Of a stretch of 64,000 bases of DNA, positions 49,236 through 60,025 are shown piece by piece. Below the pieces are notes generated by a model. That model was not told where the DNA came from. It searched no databases and saw nothing but the letters and a program-made list of their open reading frames with translations. The stretch covers positions 128,001 through 192,000 of the forward strand of contig CAXXKM010000003.1 of the NCBI GenBank assembly GCA_963664435.2, written 5' to 3'. Source of the stretch: Longimicrobiales bacterium (lineage in GTDB: Bacteria; Gemmatimonadota; Gemmatimonadetes; Longimicrobiales; Gaopeijiaceae). Made by a program: the position numbers and the translations under genes. How positions within the stretch are numbered: position 1 is the first letter of the stretch; the number at the start of each line of letters is the position of its first letter.

Positions 49236-52013
49236 TCATGAACCGGCCTGGTCTTCGAAGCGCTCCAGGAGGTCGCGCAACTCGCGCAGGTGCGCGCCGA
49301 AACCGGCGAAGTCCCCTGCCCTGAGCGCCTCCTCCGCGCGGTCGAGCAGGTCGAGGGCGTCGGCTGGCCAGGTCGACGTGTCGGCTGCCAGGTCCCGCAA
49401 CTCGCCCAGGTCCGGGGGGTCGGCGGTCGTTCCCTCCTCGGGCGGGGTCACGGCGGCCAGCGCGGCGAGGGTGGCGTCCAGGGTCGGTTGCATCGCCACC
49501 CGGCGGCCGTCGCTGACGACGAACTGGCGCAGCTCGGGAATCGCGTCCGATTCGGCGGCCAGAAAGATCGGTTCCATGTACATCAGCGTGCCGTCCACGG
49601 GAACGATGTGCAGATGGCCGGTCCAGACCTCGCTTCCCCCCTGGCGCCAGAGCGAGAGCTGCTGGGAGATGGAGGGATCCTGCTCCACGAGAGCTTCCAC
49701 CAGGCGGGGACCCGGGACCTGCTCCTCGACCGGGACGTCGTACAGGAGGAGCTCGCCGTAATGATCTCCGTCGCTGCGCGCGACCAGCAGCGCGGTCAGA
49801 TTCTGGCGGCCCGCGGGGACGAAGGCAGTGGTCAGCAGATACTCCGGCTCCTGTTCACCCGGCAGACGGAAAATGCCGTACTCGGGCCGGTAGGGGACGG
49901 GATTGGTCCCCTGGGCGAGCTCCGTGGCGGGCGCCCACACGTCTTCCTGGCCGTGGAAGGAGGGGGCCGTCTCCAGGTGATACTGGAACAGCACCCGGCC
50001 CTGCAGGCGGAGCAGCTCGCTCGGATAGCGAATGTGTTCGCGGAGCCCGGGAGGCATCTCCTCCATGGGTTGGAAGAGGCCCGGAAGGGTGCGCCGGTAG
50101 CCTTCGAGCAGCGGGTCGTTCTCGTCCACCACGTAGAAGGAGACTCGCCCGGTAACCCCGTCCACGGTGACCTTGACGCTGTTGCGCACATAGCTCACCG
50201 GAGACCGCGGTTCCAGTTCGTAGGCGCTCGCGAGCGGGAAGTGACGGGTTGCCGTGAAAGCGTCCAGCATCCACACGACGCGGCCCTCGTGCACGACTGG
50301 ATAGGGCGCCTGGGGGAAGCGCAGGAAGGGGGCGATGTCGCGCGCCCGCGCCGTCACCTGGCGGCGAAACACGAAACGGCTCCGGGGCGAGACCTCGGAG
50401 GCGAACAGCAGGTTCGCGTCACGGAAGCGGAGCGCCAGGAGCACCTTCCGCAGCCAGGAATCGAGCAGGATGCCTTCCGGGTAGTCCACCCCGGCCTGAC
50501 CGGGTGCGCCCTCGGGGTCGAGAAAGGCCTCGGCGGTCGGATTGATGATGGCGTAGGCCTGTGGGCGGATGCCGAAGAACACTGAAGGGCGCACCAGGCG
50601 CAGTCTCTCGGGCGCTGCCACGCCTTCCGCGAACTCGGGAGGGATGGCGGACAGGATCGTCGACGGCCGGCCTTCGGGGGTGTGTTCCTCGGCCGCGCTG
50701 GCAACGGCGCCCATTCCGGCGATGTAGCGCTCGCGGATGTGCAGGTTCTGCCAGTTGCGGTCCTCGATGCCGCCGGGCTCGATCTCGCGCACGGCCAGCG
50801 CAACCGGCACCAGGCCGCCGTCGGGTCCGCGGTAGCGGTCGATGGTGACGTCGCTGAACTCGTAGTAGCGGAAGCGGGCCTCCAGCTGGCGATACGTGCT
50901 CAGGAGCGCGCCCGGGGTCCACACCGGGATTCCGGCGAACTGGGCGGCGGCGGCCGTCGCGCGTGGTTCTTCGATCGTCCCGCGGTAGTCGAATCGTTCA
51001 CGTTGCAGCTGGTCGAGCCCGAACCCCATGCGCGTGAACTCGAGGTTGTGCTCGATGAATGGAGTTTCGCTCTCCAGCTCGTTGGGCTCGACGCGGAAGC
51101 GCTGCACGGTCGCCGGGTAGAGCTGGGCGAGCACGAGCGTGCCCACGACCATGCCGCCCAGCCCGGCCGCGGTCGGGACGACCTTGCGCCGCGCGCCGCC
51201 CCACGCCACCAGGGCCGCCGAGCCCAGCGCGACCACCGCGAGGGCCGTCAGGGAGGGCAGGCGGGCTACCGCGTCGGTGAACCCGAACAGCCCCTGCACG
51301 CCGGAGTTGCCGTCGAGCAGCAGGATGTAGCGCGCGATCTGGAAGCGGACGGCCAGCAGGACCAGAAACGTCGTGACCAGAAGGACGAGGTGCCGGCGGG
51401 CCAGGTCTTCCAGCCGGACCCCCTTGCGCGTCAGGCGCAGGGCGCCGGTGGCCGCATAGATCGCGATCGACAGACTGAAGAGGAAGAAAACCAGCAGGAG
51501 CGCGAACGCGACGATCCCGCTCATCACCGGCAGGGCGAAGATGTAGAAGGACAGGTCGTGCCCCAGGATCGGGTCGCTCAACCCCCACGCGGGAGCTCGC
51601 AGCAGGAGCAGCAGCGCCAACCCCGCTTCAGGGGGGACCACCGCGCTGAACCAGAGCGCCGCCAGCACCGAGATGACGAGCGTGCCGCGCGAGATCCAGA
51701 CGCCGGGGATTCTCTCGGATATCTCCAGATTGGCGAAACGCCTGCGGATCCTTAGCGCGCGCACCGCGACCGCGAACAGGCGCACGTTCGCGTAGACCAT
51801 CGCACCGACGGCCAGCATGACCAGGATGCGCACGCCCCAGCGTGCCAGCACCCGCGTCCAGAAGACGTCGAGATAGCCGTTGGCCCCGAACCAGAGGACT
51901 TCGACGTAGAGGTCGATGGCCTCGCGCGCCAGCACGAGAACCGCAGTGGCGGCCGCGATCGAGACGACCAGAATCCGGCCACCGCGCCACGGGCGAGGGC
52001 GCGCCTCAGACAT
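49236..52013 (-). CDS. UPF0182 family membrane protein
   Basis: LWF...GY, DLSFYIFALP, PNELESE, IDRY, YVRNSVKVTVDG, HIRYP, YMEPIF. Confidence 0.88.
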   Translation of the reverse strand: MSEARPRPWRGGRILVVSIAAATAVLVLAREAIDLYVEVLWFGANGYLDVFWTRVLARWGVRILVMLAVGAMVYANVRLFAVAVRALRIRRRFANLEISERIPGVWISRGTLVISVLAALWFSAVVPPEAGLALLLLLRAPAWGLSDPILGHDLSFYIFALPVMSGIVAFALLLVFFLFSLSIAIYAATGALRLTRKGVRLEDLARRHLVLLVTTFLVLLAVRFQIARYILLLDGNSGVQGLFGFTDAVARLPSLTALAVVALGSAALVAWGGARRKVVPTAAGLGGMVVGTLVLAQLYPATVQRFRVEPNELESETPFIEHNLEFTRMGFGLDQLQRERFDYRGTIEEPRATAAAAQFAGIPVWTPGALLSTYRQLEARFRYYEFSDVTIDRYRGPDGGLVPVALAVREIEPGGIEDRNWQNLHIRERYIAGMGAVASAAEEHTPEGRPSTILSAIPPEFAEGVAAPERLRLVRPSVFFGIRPQAYAIINPTAEAFLDPEGAPGQAGVDYPEGILLDSWLRKVLLALRFRDANLLFASEVSPRSRFVFRRQVTARARDIAPFLRFPQAPYPVVHEGRVVWMLDAFTATRHFPLASAYELEPRSPVSYVRNSVKVTVDGVTGRVSFYVVDENDPLLEGYRRTLPGLFQPMEEMPPGLREHIRYPSELLRLQGRVLFQYHLETAPSFHGQEDVWAPATELAQGTNPVPYRPEYGIFRLPGEQEPEYLLTTAFVPAGRQNLTALLVARSDGDHYGELLLYDVPVEEQVPGPRLVEALVEQDPSISQQLSLWRQGGSEVWTGHLHIVPVDGTLMYMEPIFLAAESDAIPELRQFVVSDGRRVAMQPTLDATLAALAAVTPPEEGTTADPPDLGELRDLAADTSTWPADALDLLDRAEEALRAGDFAGFGAHLRELRDLLERFEDQAGS

Positions 52014-53376
52014 CGACGCCCCTGGCCCTGAGCCAGTCCTCGACCTCGCCCTGGATCTCCCCCAGGCGGGCATCGGTGTCGGCTTCGTAGCGTGCCGCCA
52101 GGACAGGCTGGGTATTGGATGCCCTCAGCAGACCCCAGCCGCCGTCGAAGAGGATGCGCGCTCCGTCCACTGCGATCACCTCATGGCTCCGGGAGAAATG
52201 TTCGCGCGCGGCTTCGGCGATGTCGCGCTTGATGTGCTCGGCCACCTCGATACGGTATTCGGGCGTGGACGAATAGCGCGGCAGGTCCGCCACCAGCGCC
52301 GAGAGTGAGCGTCCGGACGAAGCCAGCAGGCGCAGGAGCCGGCATGCGGCGTAGACGGCGTCGTCCACCCCGATGAACTCGTCTGCGAAGCAGATGTGGC
52401 CGGAGAGTTCGCCACCGATGATGGCTCCGGCGGCATGCATCTTCTCCTTGATGAGCGAGTGCCCGGTCGCCCACATCACGGGGACGCCCCCCGCCGCCTC
52501 GAACACGCGCGGCAGAGCCTGGGAGCACTTCACGTCGAAGACCAGCTTCTGGCCGGGACCCCGGCGCTCGAGCACCTCGAGGCCGAAGAGGAGGAGCAGG
52601 ATGTCTCCGCGAACCACCGTACCGGTCTCGTCCACGACCCCGATGCGGTCGGCATCGCCGTCGAAGCCGACGCCCAGATCCGCTCCGGTCTCGCGGACCC
52701 TGGCCGCCAGGTCCACGATGTTCTCGTCCACCGTGGGATCGGGATGATGGTTCGGGAAGGTCCCGTCCAACTCGCAATAGAGGGGCACCACCTCGGCTCC
52801 GATCGCCTCCAGCACCGGCACTGCGGTGAGCGCCCCGGAAGCGTTGCCGCAATCAACCACCACCCGCAGCGGATCGATTCCCTCGAACCGGCCGGCGATG
52901 TCGGCGACGTACCGGTCGAGCACCTCCACGCATTCCTGGGAGCCCGGTCCGCGAGCCGCCCCTCCCTCATCGATTCGGCGGCGCAGTTCCTGAATCCCGT
53001 CGCCGTGGAAAGGGCGCCCCCCGATGGTCATCTTGATGCCGTTCCATTCGGCGGGGTTGTGGCTGCCGGTGATCTGAACGCCGCCGTCCGCTTCCAGCTC
53101 CCGTTCAGCCCAGTACGTTACGGGCGTGGGCACGGTGCCGAGCCGAATCACGCGACCGCCCGCCGAGCAGATCCCGTGCGAGAGGGCGTCGGCCAGGCCG
53201 TCCGAGCTGGGACGGTTGTCGCTCCCGACCACGACGCGAGGTCGAGCATCACCGGTGCGTTCGCCGACGGTCGTCGCGAATGCTTTCCCGGTGGCGCGCG
53301 CCACGTCGGCATCGATGGTCTCGCCGACGATGCCTCGAATGTCGTATTGCCGGAAGATTTCGGGAGAAAAGGTCAA
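52006..53376 (-). CDS. Phosphomannomutase/phosphoglucomutase
   Basis: FRQYDIRG, TGSHNP, FDGDADR, GELSGH, RASNTQP; start TTG 53376 or ATG 53475. Confidence 0.92.
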   Translation of the reverse strand: MTFSPEIFRQYDIRGIVGETIDADVARATGKAFATTVGERTGDARPRVVVGSDNRPSSDGLADALSHGICSAGGRVIRLGTVPTPVTYWAERELEADGGVQITGSHNPAEWNGIKMTIGGRPFHGDGIQELRRRIDEGGAARGPGSQECVEVLDRYVADIAGRFEGIDPLRVVVDCGNASGALTAVPVLEAIGAEVVPLYCELDGTFPNHHPDPTVDENIVDLAARVRETGADLGVGFDGDADRIGVVDETGTVVRGDILLLLFGLEVLERRGPGQKLVFDVKCSQALPRVFEAAGGVPVMWATGHSLIKEKMHAAGAIIGGELSGHICFADEFIGVDDAVYAACRLLRLLASSGRSLSALVADLPRYSSTPEYRIEVAEHIKRDIAEAAREHFSRSHEVIAVDGARILFDGGWGLLRASNTQPVLAARYEADTDARLGEIQGEVEDWLRARGVDV

Positions 53377-53477
53377 AACCGGTACAGGCCAGAAGTTGGT
53401 TGCGTGCCGTCTGATGTTTGGCGGATGCCGCGCGATCCGCCGCCGCGCGCCAGCGCGGGAGCGCGCCGCATTCATCC

Positions 53478-54995
53478 CTAGGGGGCGGCGCCGAGGAGGA
53501 GTGCCCCGGCGGTCAGGAGGCCTTCCGCACCCGCGCGGGCAAAGTCCACGCCGCCGCCCGGGAAGATGCCCAGCCCGATGACCACCGCGACCGCCGCGCC
53601 CATCGCGAAGCGCATGGTCAGCGGGACCGTCACCGGATCCGCCTCGCCGGAGCCCGCGCCGTCCCGCATCCACATGTACCATGCGATCCGCAGGTAGTAA
53701 TAGTACGACACGACGGTCGTGAGAACGAAAATGACGGAAAGGGTCCAGAGTCCGGCCTCGGCCGCGCCTTGCAGGATGAAGATCTTGCCCATGAAGCCGC
53801 CCGTGCCCGGGAAGCCGGCAAGGGAGAGGAGGAAGATGGTGAGGCAGACCGCCAGCGCGGGGTGCCTTGCTCCCAGGCCGGCATAGCGGTCGATCCCGAG
53901 CCGCTCCTCGCTGTGCCCGGAGACGCACAGGACCACGGCAAAGGCGCCGATGTTCATCGCGGTGTAGACCAGCAGGTAGAACAGCAGCCCCGCGGTGGCA
54001 TTCTGGTTCAGGGCCACGATCGCCACCAGCAGGTAGCCGGCGTGGGCGATGCTGGAATAGGCCAGCAGCCGTTTCACGTTGGTCTGAGCCAGCGCGATCA
54101 CGTTGGCGATCACCATGGTGAGCGCCGCGAGCCACCAGCCGATCGCGTACCAGCTCTCGGGGATGCCTCCGAAGCCGACCAGGAAGACGCGGGCGAAGGC
54201 GACGAACGCAGCTGCCTTCACGCTGGCCGACATGAACGCCGTCACCGGCGAAGGGGCGCCCTCGTACACGTCGGGCGTCCACATGTGGAACGGGATCGCC
54301 GAAACCTTGAAGGCGAACCCGATGGCCAGCAGCGCGATGCCGACATGGAGCAGCCCCGCCACCGCCGCGCCCGAACCGATCGCCAGCGCGATGAGCCCCA
54401 GGTTGGTGCTGCCCGTGGCTCCGTACACCAGCGCGATCCCGTAGAGCAGAAAGCCGGTCGAGAAAGCACCCAGCAGGAAGTACTTGAGCCCCGCCTCCGC
54501 CGACTTCGGATCGCGCCTATTGAAGCCGGACAGCACGTAGGCGCTGATCGACATCACCTCAAGGGCCAGGAAGATGACGATCAGGTCGCGCGTGCCTCCC
54601 ATGAGCATCATGCCCACCGTGGCGAAGAGCACCAGGGCGTGGAATTCTCCCTCCTGCAGCCGCTGCCGGCGCACGTAGGCGGGCGAGATGGCCAGGGCGA
54701 GGGCGGCCGCCAGGAGGAAGATCCAGTTGGCGAAGAGATGGAAGCGGTCCACCGCGATCATCGGGCTTCCCGGCCCCGGGGTCAGCCCGTACAGCCACCC
54801 GTTTGCCAGGGCTGCCGCGAGCACGCCCACCATCGCCAGGACCGCGAGATCACCGGAACCCGATCGAGACGAGGATGTCGCACCGCCTCCCTTCCAGACG
54901 CCGGCCAGGAGCACCACCGTCCCCCAGACCGAAAGCACGATCTCGGGAAGGAGCGCCAGCAGATAGTGCGCGGGGGTGGAGAAGTCGAGCGTCAT
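53478..54995 (-). CDS. nuoN: NADH-quinone oxidoreductase subunit N
   Basis: EAGLKYF, FK...PFHMWTPDVYEGAP, KRLLAYSSIAH. Confidence 0.95.
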   Translation of the reverse strand: MTLDFSTPAHYLLALLPEIVLSVWGTVVLLAGVWKGGGATSSSRSGSGDLAVLAMVGVLAAALANGWLYGLTPGPGSPMIAVDRFHLFANWIFLLAAALALAISPAYVRRQRLQEGEFHALVLFATVGMMLMGGTRDLIVIFLALEVMSISAYVLSGFNRRDPKSAEAGLKYFLLGAFSTGFLLYGIALVYGATGSTNLGLIALAIGSGAAVAGLLHVGIALLAIGFAFKVSAIPFHMWTPDVYEGAPSPVTAFMSASVKAAAFVAFARVFLVGFGGIPESWYAIGWWLAALTMVIANVIALAQTNVKRLLAYSSIAHAGYLLVAIVALNQNATAGLLFYLLVYTAMNIGAFAVVLCVSGHSEERLGIDRYAGLGARHPALAVCLTIFLLSLAGFPGTGGFMGKIFILQGAAEAGLWTLSVIFVLTTVVSYYYYLRIAWYMWMRDGAGSGEADPVTVPLTMRFAMGAAVAVVIGLGIFPGGGVDFARAGAEGLLTAGALLLGAAP

Positions 54996-56524
54996 GAGTC
55001 GGCCGACTCCTCGGCGGGCTGCGTCATGTGGACGCGCTCCAGGATGGCGTCCACGCTCGGTTCCATGCGTTCCAGGATCGGCGTGGGCGCGACCCCGATC
55101 ACGATCATGAGCGCGACCATGGGCGACAGGATGAAGATCTCCCGGCGGGAAAGGTCGGGCATCGACCGGTTTTCCTCCCGGTCCAGCTCGTTGAAGAGCA
55201 CGCGCTGTACCATCGGCAACATGTAGTAGGCGGCGAAGATGACGCCGCTGGTCGCGATGACGGCGGTGACGGGATGCGTCTCGAAGGTGCCCAGAAGCGC
55301 CAGGAACTCGCCGACGAAGCCGCTCGTGCCGGGCAGCCCGATGGATGCCAGGGCGGTGATCACGAGAGCCAGCGAGAGCATGGGGGCCACCCGCGCGAGC
55401 CCCCCGAACTCACCGGTCAGGCGGGTGTGGCGGCGCTCGTACAGCATGCCCAGGATGAGGAAGAGCGCCCCGGTGGAGATGCCGTGCGAGATCATCACCA
55501 CCAGTCCCCCCTGGATGCCGGTCACGGTGAGGGCGAAGATGCCGATGACCACGAAGCCCATGTGGGCCACGGAGGTGTAGGCCACCAGCTTCTTGGCGTC
55601 CGGTTGCACCGCGGCGACCCAGGCGGCATACACGATGCCCGCCGTGCCGAGGACCAGCATCACGGTCACCACCGTGGGGTGCTGGGAGGCGGCCGGGAAG
55701 AACGGCAGCAGGAAGCGCAGGAACCCGTAGGTGCCCATCTTGAGCAGGATCGCGGCCAGCACCACCGAGCCCGGCGTGGGAGCCTCCACGTGCGCGTCCG
55801 GCAGCCAGGTGTGGAAGGGGAACAGCGGCACCTTGATCGAGAAGGCGAGCGCGAAGGCGGCGAACAGCCAGAGCTGCTCGCGCATCGAGAGCGACACGCC
55901 GAGGATGTCCAGATAGGCGAAGGATCCGTCTCCGGCGCCCGCGGTCGCGGCGTAGAGATAGAGAATGCCGACCAGCATCAGCAGCGACCCCACCGCCGTG
56001 TACAGGAAGAACTTCACCGCTGCGTAAATGCGGCGCTTGCCGCCCCAGACCCCGACGATGAAGTACATCGGGACCAGGGTGAGCTCGAAGAAGACGTAGA
56101 AAAGCATCAGATCCAGCGCCGTGAAGACGCCGATGATGCCCGTCTGCAGCAGGAGCATGAGGGCGTAGAAGGACTTCTGGCGGTGGGTGATGTAGCGGAA
56201 CGAGCCGAGAATGGTGATCGGGGCCGTGAAGCAGGCCAGAAGCACCATGAACAGCGAGATGCCGTCGATGCCGAGGGCGTAGTGGACGCCCCAGGCCTCG
56301 ATCCAGGGCACGCTGGACGCCATCTGAAACCCCGGATCCCCAACCGTGAAGGATCCCCACAGGCCGAGGCTGACGACGAAGAGCCCGAGCGTCCAGCCGA
56401 AGGCGATGTGCCCGGATCGTTCCTGGCGCTCGAGCAGCACATGCAGCATCGCCGCCATCGGCCCCCACACAAGCACGTGCAGGATCCAGGAATCGAACGC
56501 GACGGCTTCCAGCAGACTCGTCAT
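54992..56524 (-). CDS. nuoM: NADH-quinone oxidoreductase subunit M
   Basis: GIDGIS, AAVKFFLYT, PFHTWLPDAHVEAP, AYTSVAHMG. Confidence 0.95.
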   Translation of the reverse strand: MTSLLEAVAFDSWILHVLVWGPMAAMLHVLLERQERSGHIAFGWTLGLFVVSLGLWGSFTVGDPGFQMASSVPWIEAWGVHYALGIDGISLFMVLLACFTAPITILGSFRYITHRQKSFYALMLLLQTGIIGVFTALDLMLFYVFFELTLVPMYFIVGVWGGKRRIYAAVKFFLYTAVGSLLMLVGILYLYAATAGAGDGSFAYLDILGVSLSMREQLWLFAAFALAFSIKVPLFPFHTWLPDAHVEAPTPGSVVLAAILLKMGTYGFLRFLLPFFPAASQHPTVVTVMLVLGTAGIVYAAWVAAVQPDAKKLVAYTSVAHMGFVVIGIFALTVTGIQGGLVVMISHGISTGALFLILGMLYERRHTRLTGEFGGLARVAPMLSLALVITALASIGLPGTSGFVGEFLALLGTFETHPVTAVIATSGVIFAAYYMLPMVQRVLFNELDREENRSMPDLSRREIFILSPMVALMIVIGVAPTPILERMEPSVDAILERVHMTQPAEESADS

Positions 56525-58671
56525 GGCGGGCCTCCCTGGAAGACCACGAAGCCCACGATCGCGAGGACTCCCAGCGTGAGGACGAGGGCGTAGGTGTTGA
56601 CCTGCCCGGTCTGGAAGAGGCTCACAAAGGCGCCTCCGGCCCGGGTCACCAGCCCGAGCCCGTTGACCGCACCGTCGATCAGGACGGTGTCGATGACGCG
56701 CCATGAGAAGCGCGAGGCCGCGAGGACCGGCTGGACCACGAAGCGGTCGTAGAACTCGTCGACGTACCACTTGTTGAAGAGCAGGCCCTTCAAACCCGCG
56801 GGCGCGGCGGCCTGGGCGGCGGGCGCCACCTTCCAGCGGGCGGCGGCACGCGCGGTGAACAGCACCACAGCCAGCGCGGCCAGCGTGGACAGTCCGGCCC
56901 ACAGCACCTCGCCGCCGCCGAACGGCGCAGCGTGGGCGGGCTCTCCCAGGTGTTCATAGCGGATTCCCGTCGCGCCGGCGGTGACGGGCTCCAGCCAGCG
57001 GTGCAGCCATTCCGAGGTGGGGAGCGCCCCCGCCAGCCCGAGGACCGAAGCGGCCACCTCTTCCGGCACATTGACCCACCCGCCCACGACCGACAGAACC
57101 GCCAGCGCGATCAGCGGGATGGTCATCACCCGGGGCGCCTCGTGCAGGTGCCGCGCCTCCTCGCGTCCCGTGCGGTTGGCGCCGTGGAAGGTCATCACCA
57201 TGAGGCGCGTCATGTAGATGGCGGTCAGCAGCGCGGTCGCCAGTGCGAGCACCCAGAGGACCGTGAAGAGCACCGGGTAGCTCGAGGAGGCGGCCAGGCC
57301 GGCGTACCAGATGATCTCGTCCTTGGAGAAGAACCCGGCCAGCGGCCAGACCCCCGCGATGGCCAGGGTCGCGATCCACATGGTGATCCAGGTAACCGGC
57401 ATCGCGGCGCGCAGCCCGCCCATGTTGCGCATGTCCTGGGGGTCGGCGTGGCTGTGCGTGCCGTGCAGCGCGTGATGCATCGCGTGAATCACCGCGCCCG
57501 ACCCCAGGAACAGAAGCGCCTTGAAGAAGGCGTGGGTCATCAGGTGGAAGATGCCCGCGGCCCAGGCGCCCACCCCGACGGCCAGGAACATGTAGCCCAG
57601 CTGGGAAATGGTGGAGTAGGCGAGCACCTTCTTGATGTCGTATTGCGCGAGCGCGATGGTCGCGGCCAGGAGCGCGGTGAGCACGCCCACGGTGGCCACG
57701 ACCGCGCTGCTCACGGGGGCCAGCGCGAAGAGGACCGACGTGCGCGCCACCATGTAGACGCCCGCGGTCACCATGGTCGCGGCGTGGATCAGCGCGGAGA
57801 CCGGCGTGGGGCCGGCCATCGCGTCCGGCAGCCAGACGTACAGCGGGATCTGGGCGCTCTTGCCCGCCGCCCCCAGGAAGAGGAACAGCGTGATCGCGGT
57901 GACGGTGGCTCCTCCGTACTCGAGCAGCGCCGGGGCCTCGGGGAAGACCTCGGCGAAGGCCAGGGTGCCGAAGGTGGTGAACACCAGGAACATCGCCACA
58001 AGGAAGCCGAAGTCGCCGATGCGGTTGACGATGAACGCCTTCTTGCCGGCGTCGGACTTCTCGCGGTCCTGGAACCAGAAGCCGATCAGCAGATAGCTGC
58101 ACAGCCCCACCCCTTCCCATCCCACGAACATCACCGGGAAGCTCGCCCCCAGGACGAGCACCAGCATGAAGAAGACGAAGAGGTTCAGGTAGGAGAAGTA
58201 GCGCGCGTAGCCGGGGTCGTCGTGCATGTAGCCGACGCTGAACACGTGGATCAGGAAGCCGACGCCGGTCACCACCAGCATCATGATCATGCTGAGCTGG
58301 TCAAGCTGCAGCGCCGCGTCCACCTCCAGCGCCCCGGTGACCATCCAGCTCCAGTAGCTCACCACGACCGGATCGTGCAGGTCCGCGTGGAACATCCCCG
58401 CGAAGTTGAGCAGCACGAGCACGAAGGAGAGCCCGACCACCCCCGGCCCCACCAGCGTCACCCAGCGCTTGTGCCCGTCGTCCTGATGCTCCGACCCGTC
58501 GGCGCCTGCGCGCACCGCGTTCGCCGCCCGTGCGCCCGCGCGCATCGCCAGGACGCCGTTGACCAGGAAGCCCAGCAGGGGGAGCAGGACGATGAGCCCT
58601 GGCAGCACCGGCTCGAACGCTGCCGGCTGCGTGCCTTCCTGGATGAGGCTCGAGAGCGGCGCGAGCGTCAT
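56521..58671 (-). CDS. nuoL: NADH-quinone oxidoreductase subunit L
   Basis: NRIGDFG, GKSAQ, WLPDAMAGPTPVSALIHAATMV, HAFFKA. Confidence 0.96.
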   Translation of the reverse strand: MTLAPLSSLIQEGTQPAAFEPVLPGLIVLLPLLGFLVNGVLAMRAGARAANAVRAGADGSEHQDDGHKRWVTLVGPGVVGLSFVLVLLNFAGMFHADLHDPVVVSYWSWMVTGALEVDAALQLDQLSMIMMLVVTGVGFLIHVFSVGYMHDDPGYARYFSYLNLFVFFMLVLVLGASFPVMFVGWEGVGLCSYLLIGFWFQDREKSDAGKKAFIVNRIGDFGFLVAMFLVFTTFGTLAFAEVFPEAPALLEYGGATVTAITLFLFLGAAGKSAQIPLYVWLPDAMAGPTPVSALIHAATMVTAGVYMVARTSVLFALAPVSSAVVATVGVLTALLAATIALAQYDIKKVLAYSTISQLGYMFLAVGVGAWAAGIFHLMTHAFFKALLFLGSGAVIHAMHHALHGTHSHADPQDMRNMGGLRAAMPVTWITMWIATLAIAGVWPLAGFFSKDEIIWYAGLAASSSYPVLFTVLWVLALATALLTAIYMTRLMVMTFHGANRTGREEARHLHEAPRVMTIPLIALAVLSVVGGWVNVPEEVAASVLGLAGALPTSEWLHRWLEPVTAGATGIRYEHLGEPAHAAPFGGGEVLWAGLSTLAALAVVLFTARAAARWKVAPAAQAAAPAGLKGLLFNKWYVDEFYDRFVVQPVLAASRFSWRVIDTVLIDGAVNGLGLVTRAGGAFVSLFQTGQVNTYALVLTLGVLAIVGFVVFQGGPP

Positions 58672-58675
58672 CTAC

Positions 58676-58969
58676 CTACCACTTGAGCAGGTTGAAGTTG
58701 TCGACATTGACGGTCCGGTAGTGCCGGAAGATGGAGATGATGATCGCGAGCCCGACCGCGGCTTCCGCCGCCGCCACCGTCATGACGAAGAAGACGAAGA
58801 CCTGTCCCTCGACGCCCACGTACCGGGAGAAGGCCACCAGGGCCAGGTTCACCGCGTTCAGCTGGAGCTCGATGCAGAGGAACATGATGATGGCGTTGCG
58901 GCGCACCAGCACGCCGAAGGTGCCGATCACGAACAGCAGGGCGCTGGTGGTCAGGGCTTCGGTCAGCAC
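58676..58969 (-). CDS. nuoK: NADH-quinone oxidoreductase subunit K
   Basis: [24 protein letters not shown] start after GAGGAG. Confidence 0.93.
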   Translation of the reverse strand: MLTEALTTSALLFVIGTFGVLVRRNAIIMFLCIELQLNAVNLALVAFSRYVGVEGQVFVFFVMTVAAAEAAVGLAIIISIFRHYRTVNVDNFNLLKW

Positions 58970-58979
58970 GCGACGCTCC

Positions 58980-59504
58980 TCATACCCGCTTCTTCGCCAG
59001 CGCGACGGCCCCCACCACGGCGACAAGCAGCAGGATTCCGGTGATCTCGAAGGGAACCACGTACTCCTGGAAGAGCGGCCGCGCGATCAGCGACACCGCG
59101 CCCCGCTCGGCCAGCTCCAGGTCCATCGCCGCCGCGCCGGGAAAACTCTCGTACAGCGGGCTCGTCTCCGCGCCGCCGAACCGGGTGGCCAGCAGGCCGC
59201 AGAGCGCTCCGGAGACGACGAAGGCGCACACGGCGTAGAGTCCGCGCACGAGGTCGTCCCTGTAGTCGTGCCCCAGGTTCAGGAGCATGATCACGAACAG
59301 GAAGAGCACCATGATGGCGCCGGCGTAGACCATCACCTGGATGGCGGCCAGGAAATGAGCTTCCAGCAGCACGAAGATGCCGGCTACGCTCGCCAGCGAC
59401 ACCACCATGAACATGAGGCTGGCCACCGGATTCCGGCTCGCCACGACCCCGATGCCTCCGCCGACCACGGTCACGGCGAAAACGTAGAAGAGGATCAGCT
59501 CCAT
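58980..59504 (-). CDS. nuoJ: NADH-quinone oxidoreductase subunit J
   Basis: [27 protein letters not shown]. Confidence 0.94.
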   Translation of the reverse strand: MELILFYVFAVTVVGGGIGVVASRNPVASLMFMVVSLASVAGIFVLLEAHFLAAIQVMVYAGAIMVLFLFVIMLLNLGHDYRDDLVRGLYAVCAFVVSGALCGLLATRFGGAETSPLYESFPGAAAMDLELAERGAVSLIARPLFQEYVVPFEITGILLLVAVVGAVALAKKRV

Positions 59505-59508
59505 CCCC

Positions 59509-60009
59509 TCACTCCGATGCGGGGTCGGAGGGATCCCAGAGCGCCGTGACCGGATGCTCCTGCTCCATCAGGCGGTCCAGGTCGTAGACGAAGCGCTCGC
59601 GCGTATACTCGGCGTTCTCGAAGTGCTGGCCCACGTGAATCGCCTCCACCGGGCACACCTCCTGGCACATGCCGCAGAAGATGCAGCGGAACTCGTCGAT
59701 CTCGTAGACGATGGGGTAGCGGTTGCCCTGATCGTCCTCGCCGCCGACCAGGCGGATGCAGTTGGCCGGGCAGACCGTGGGGCAGAGGCCGCAGGCCACG
59801 CACTTGGGGCGCCCGTCGGCGTGCACCTCCATGCGGTGGGTGCCGCGCCAGCGGGGGTGGAGTTCGGTAGGCTCCTCCGGATAGCTGCGGGTCACCTTGC
59901 GGGGATTCACCATGTGCCGGAAGGTCAGCGACATCCCCTTGAGGGCAGCTCTCAGGTACGAACTCCGGGCCGCTTCCGGCCTGCGCACCAGCTTCACCGA
60001 AATGGCCAT
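59509..60009 (-). CDS. nuoI: NADH-quinone oxidoreductase subunit I
   Basis: Two CxxCxxCxxxCP 4Fe-4S motifs, YPEE, RG.H. Confidence 0.95.
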   Translation of the reverse strand: MAISVKLVRRPEAARSSYLRAALKGMSLTFRHMVNPRKVTRSYPEEPTELHPRWRGTHRMEVHADGRPKCVACGLCPTVCPANCIRLVGGEDDQGNRYPIVYEIDEFRCIFCGMCQEVCPVEAIHVGQHFENAEYTRERFVYDLDRLMEQEHPVTALWDPSDPASE

Positions 60010-60025
60010 GGCGACTCCCCGGGAA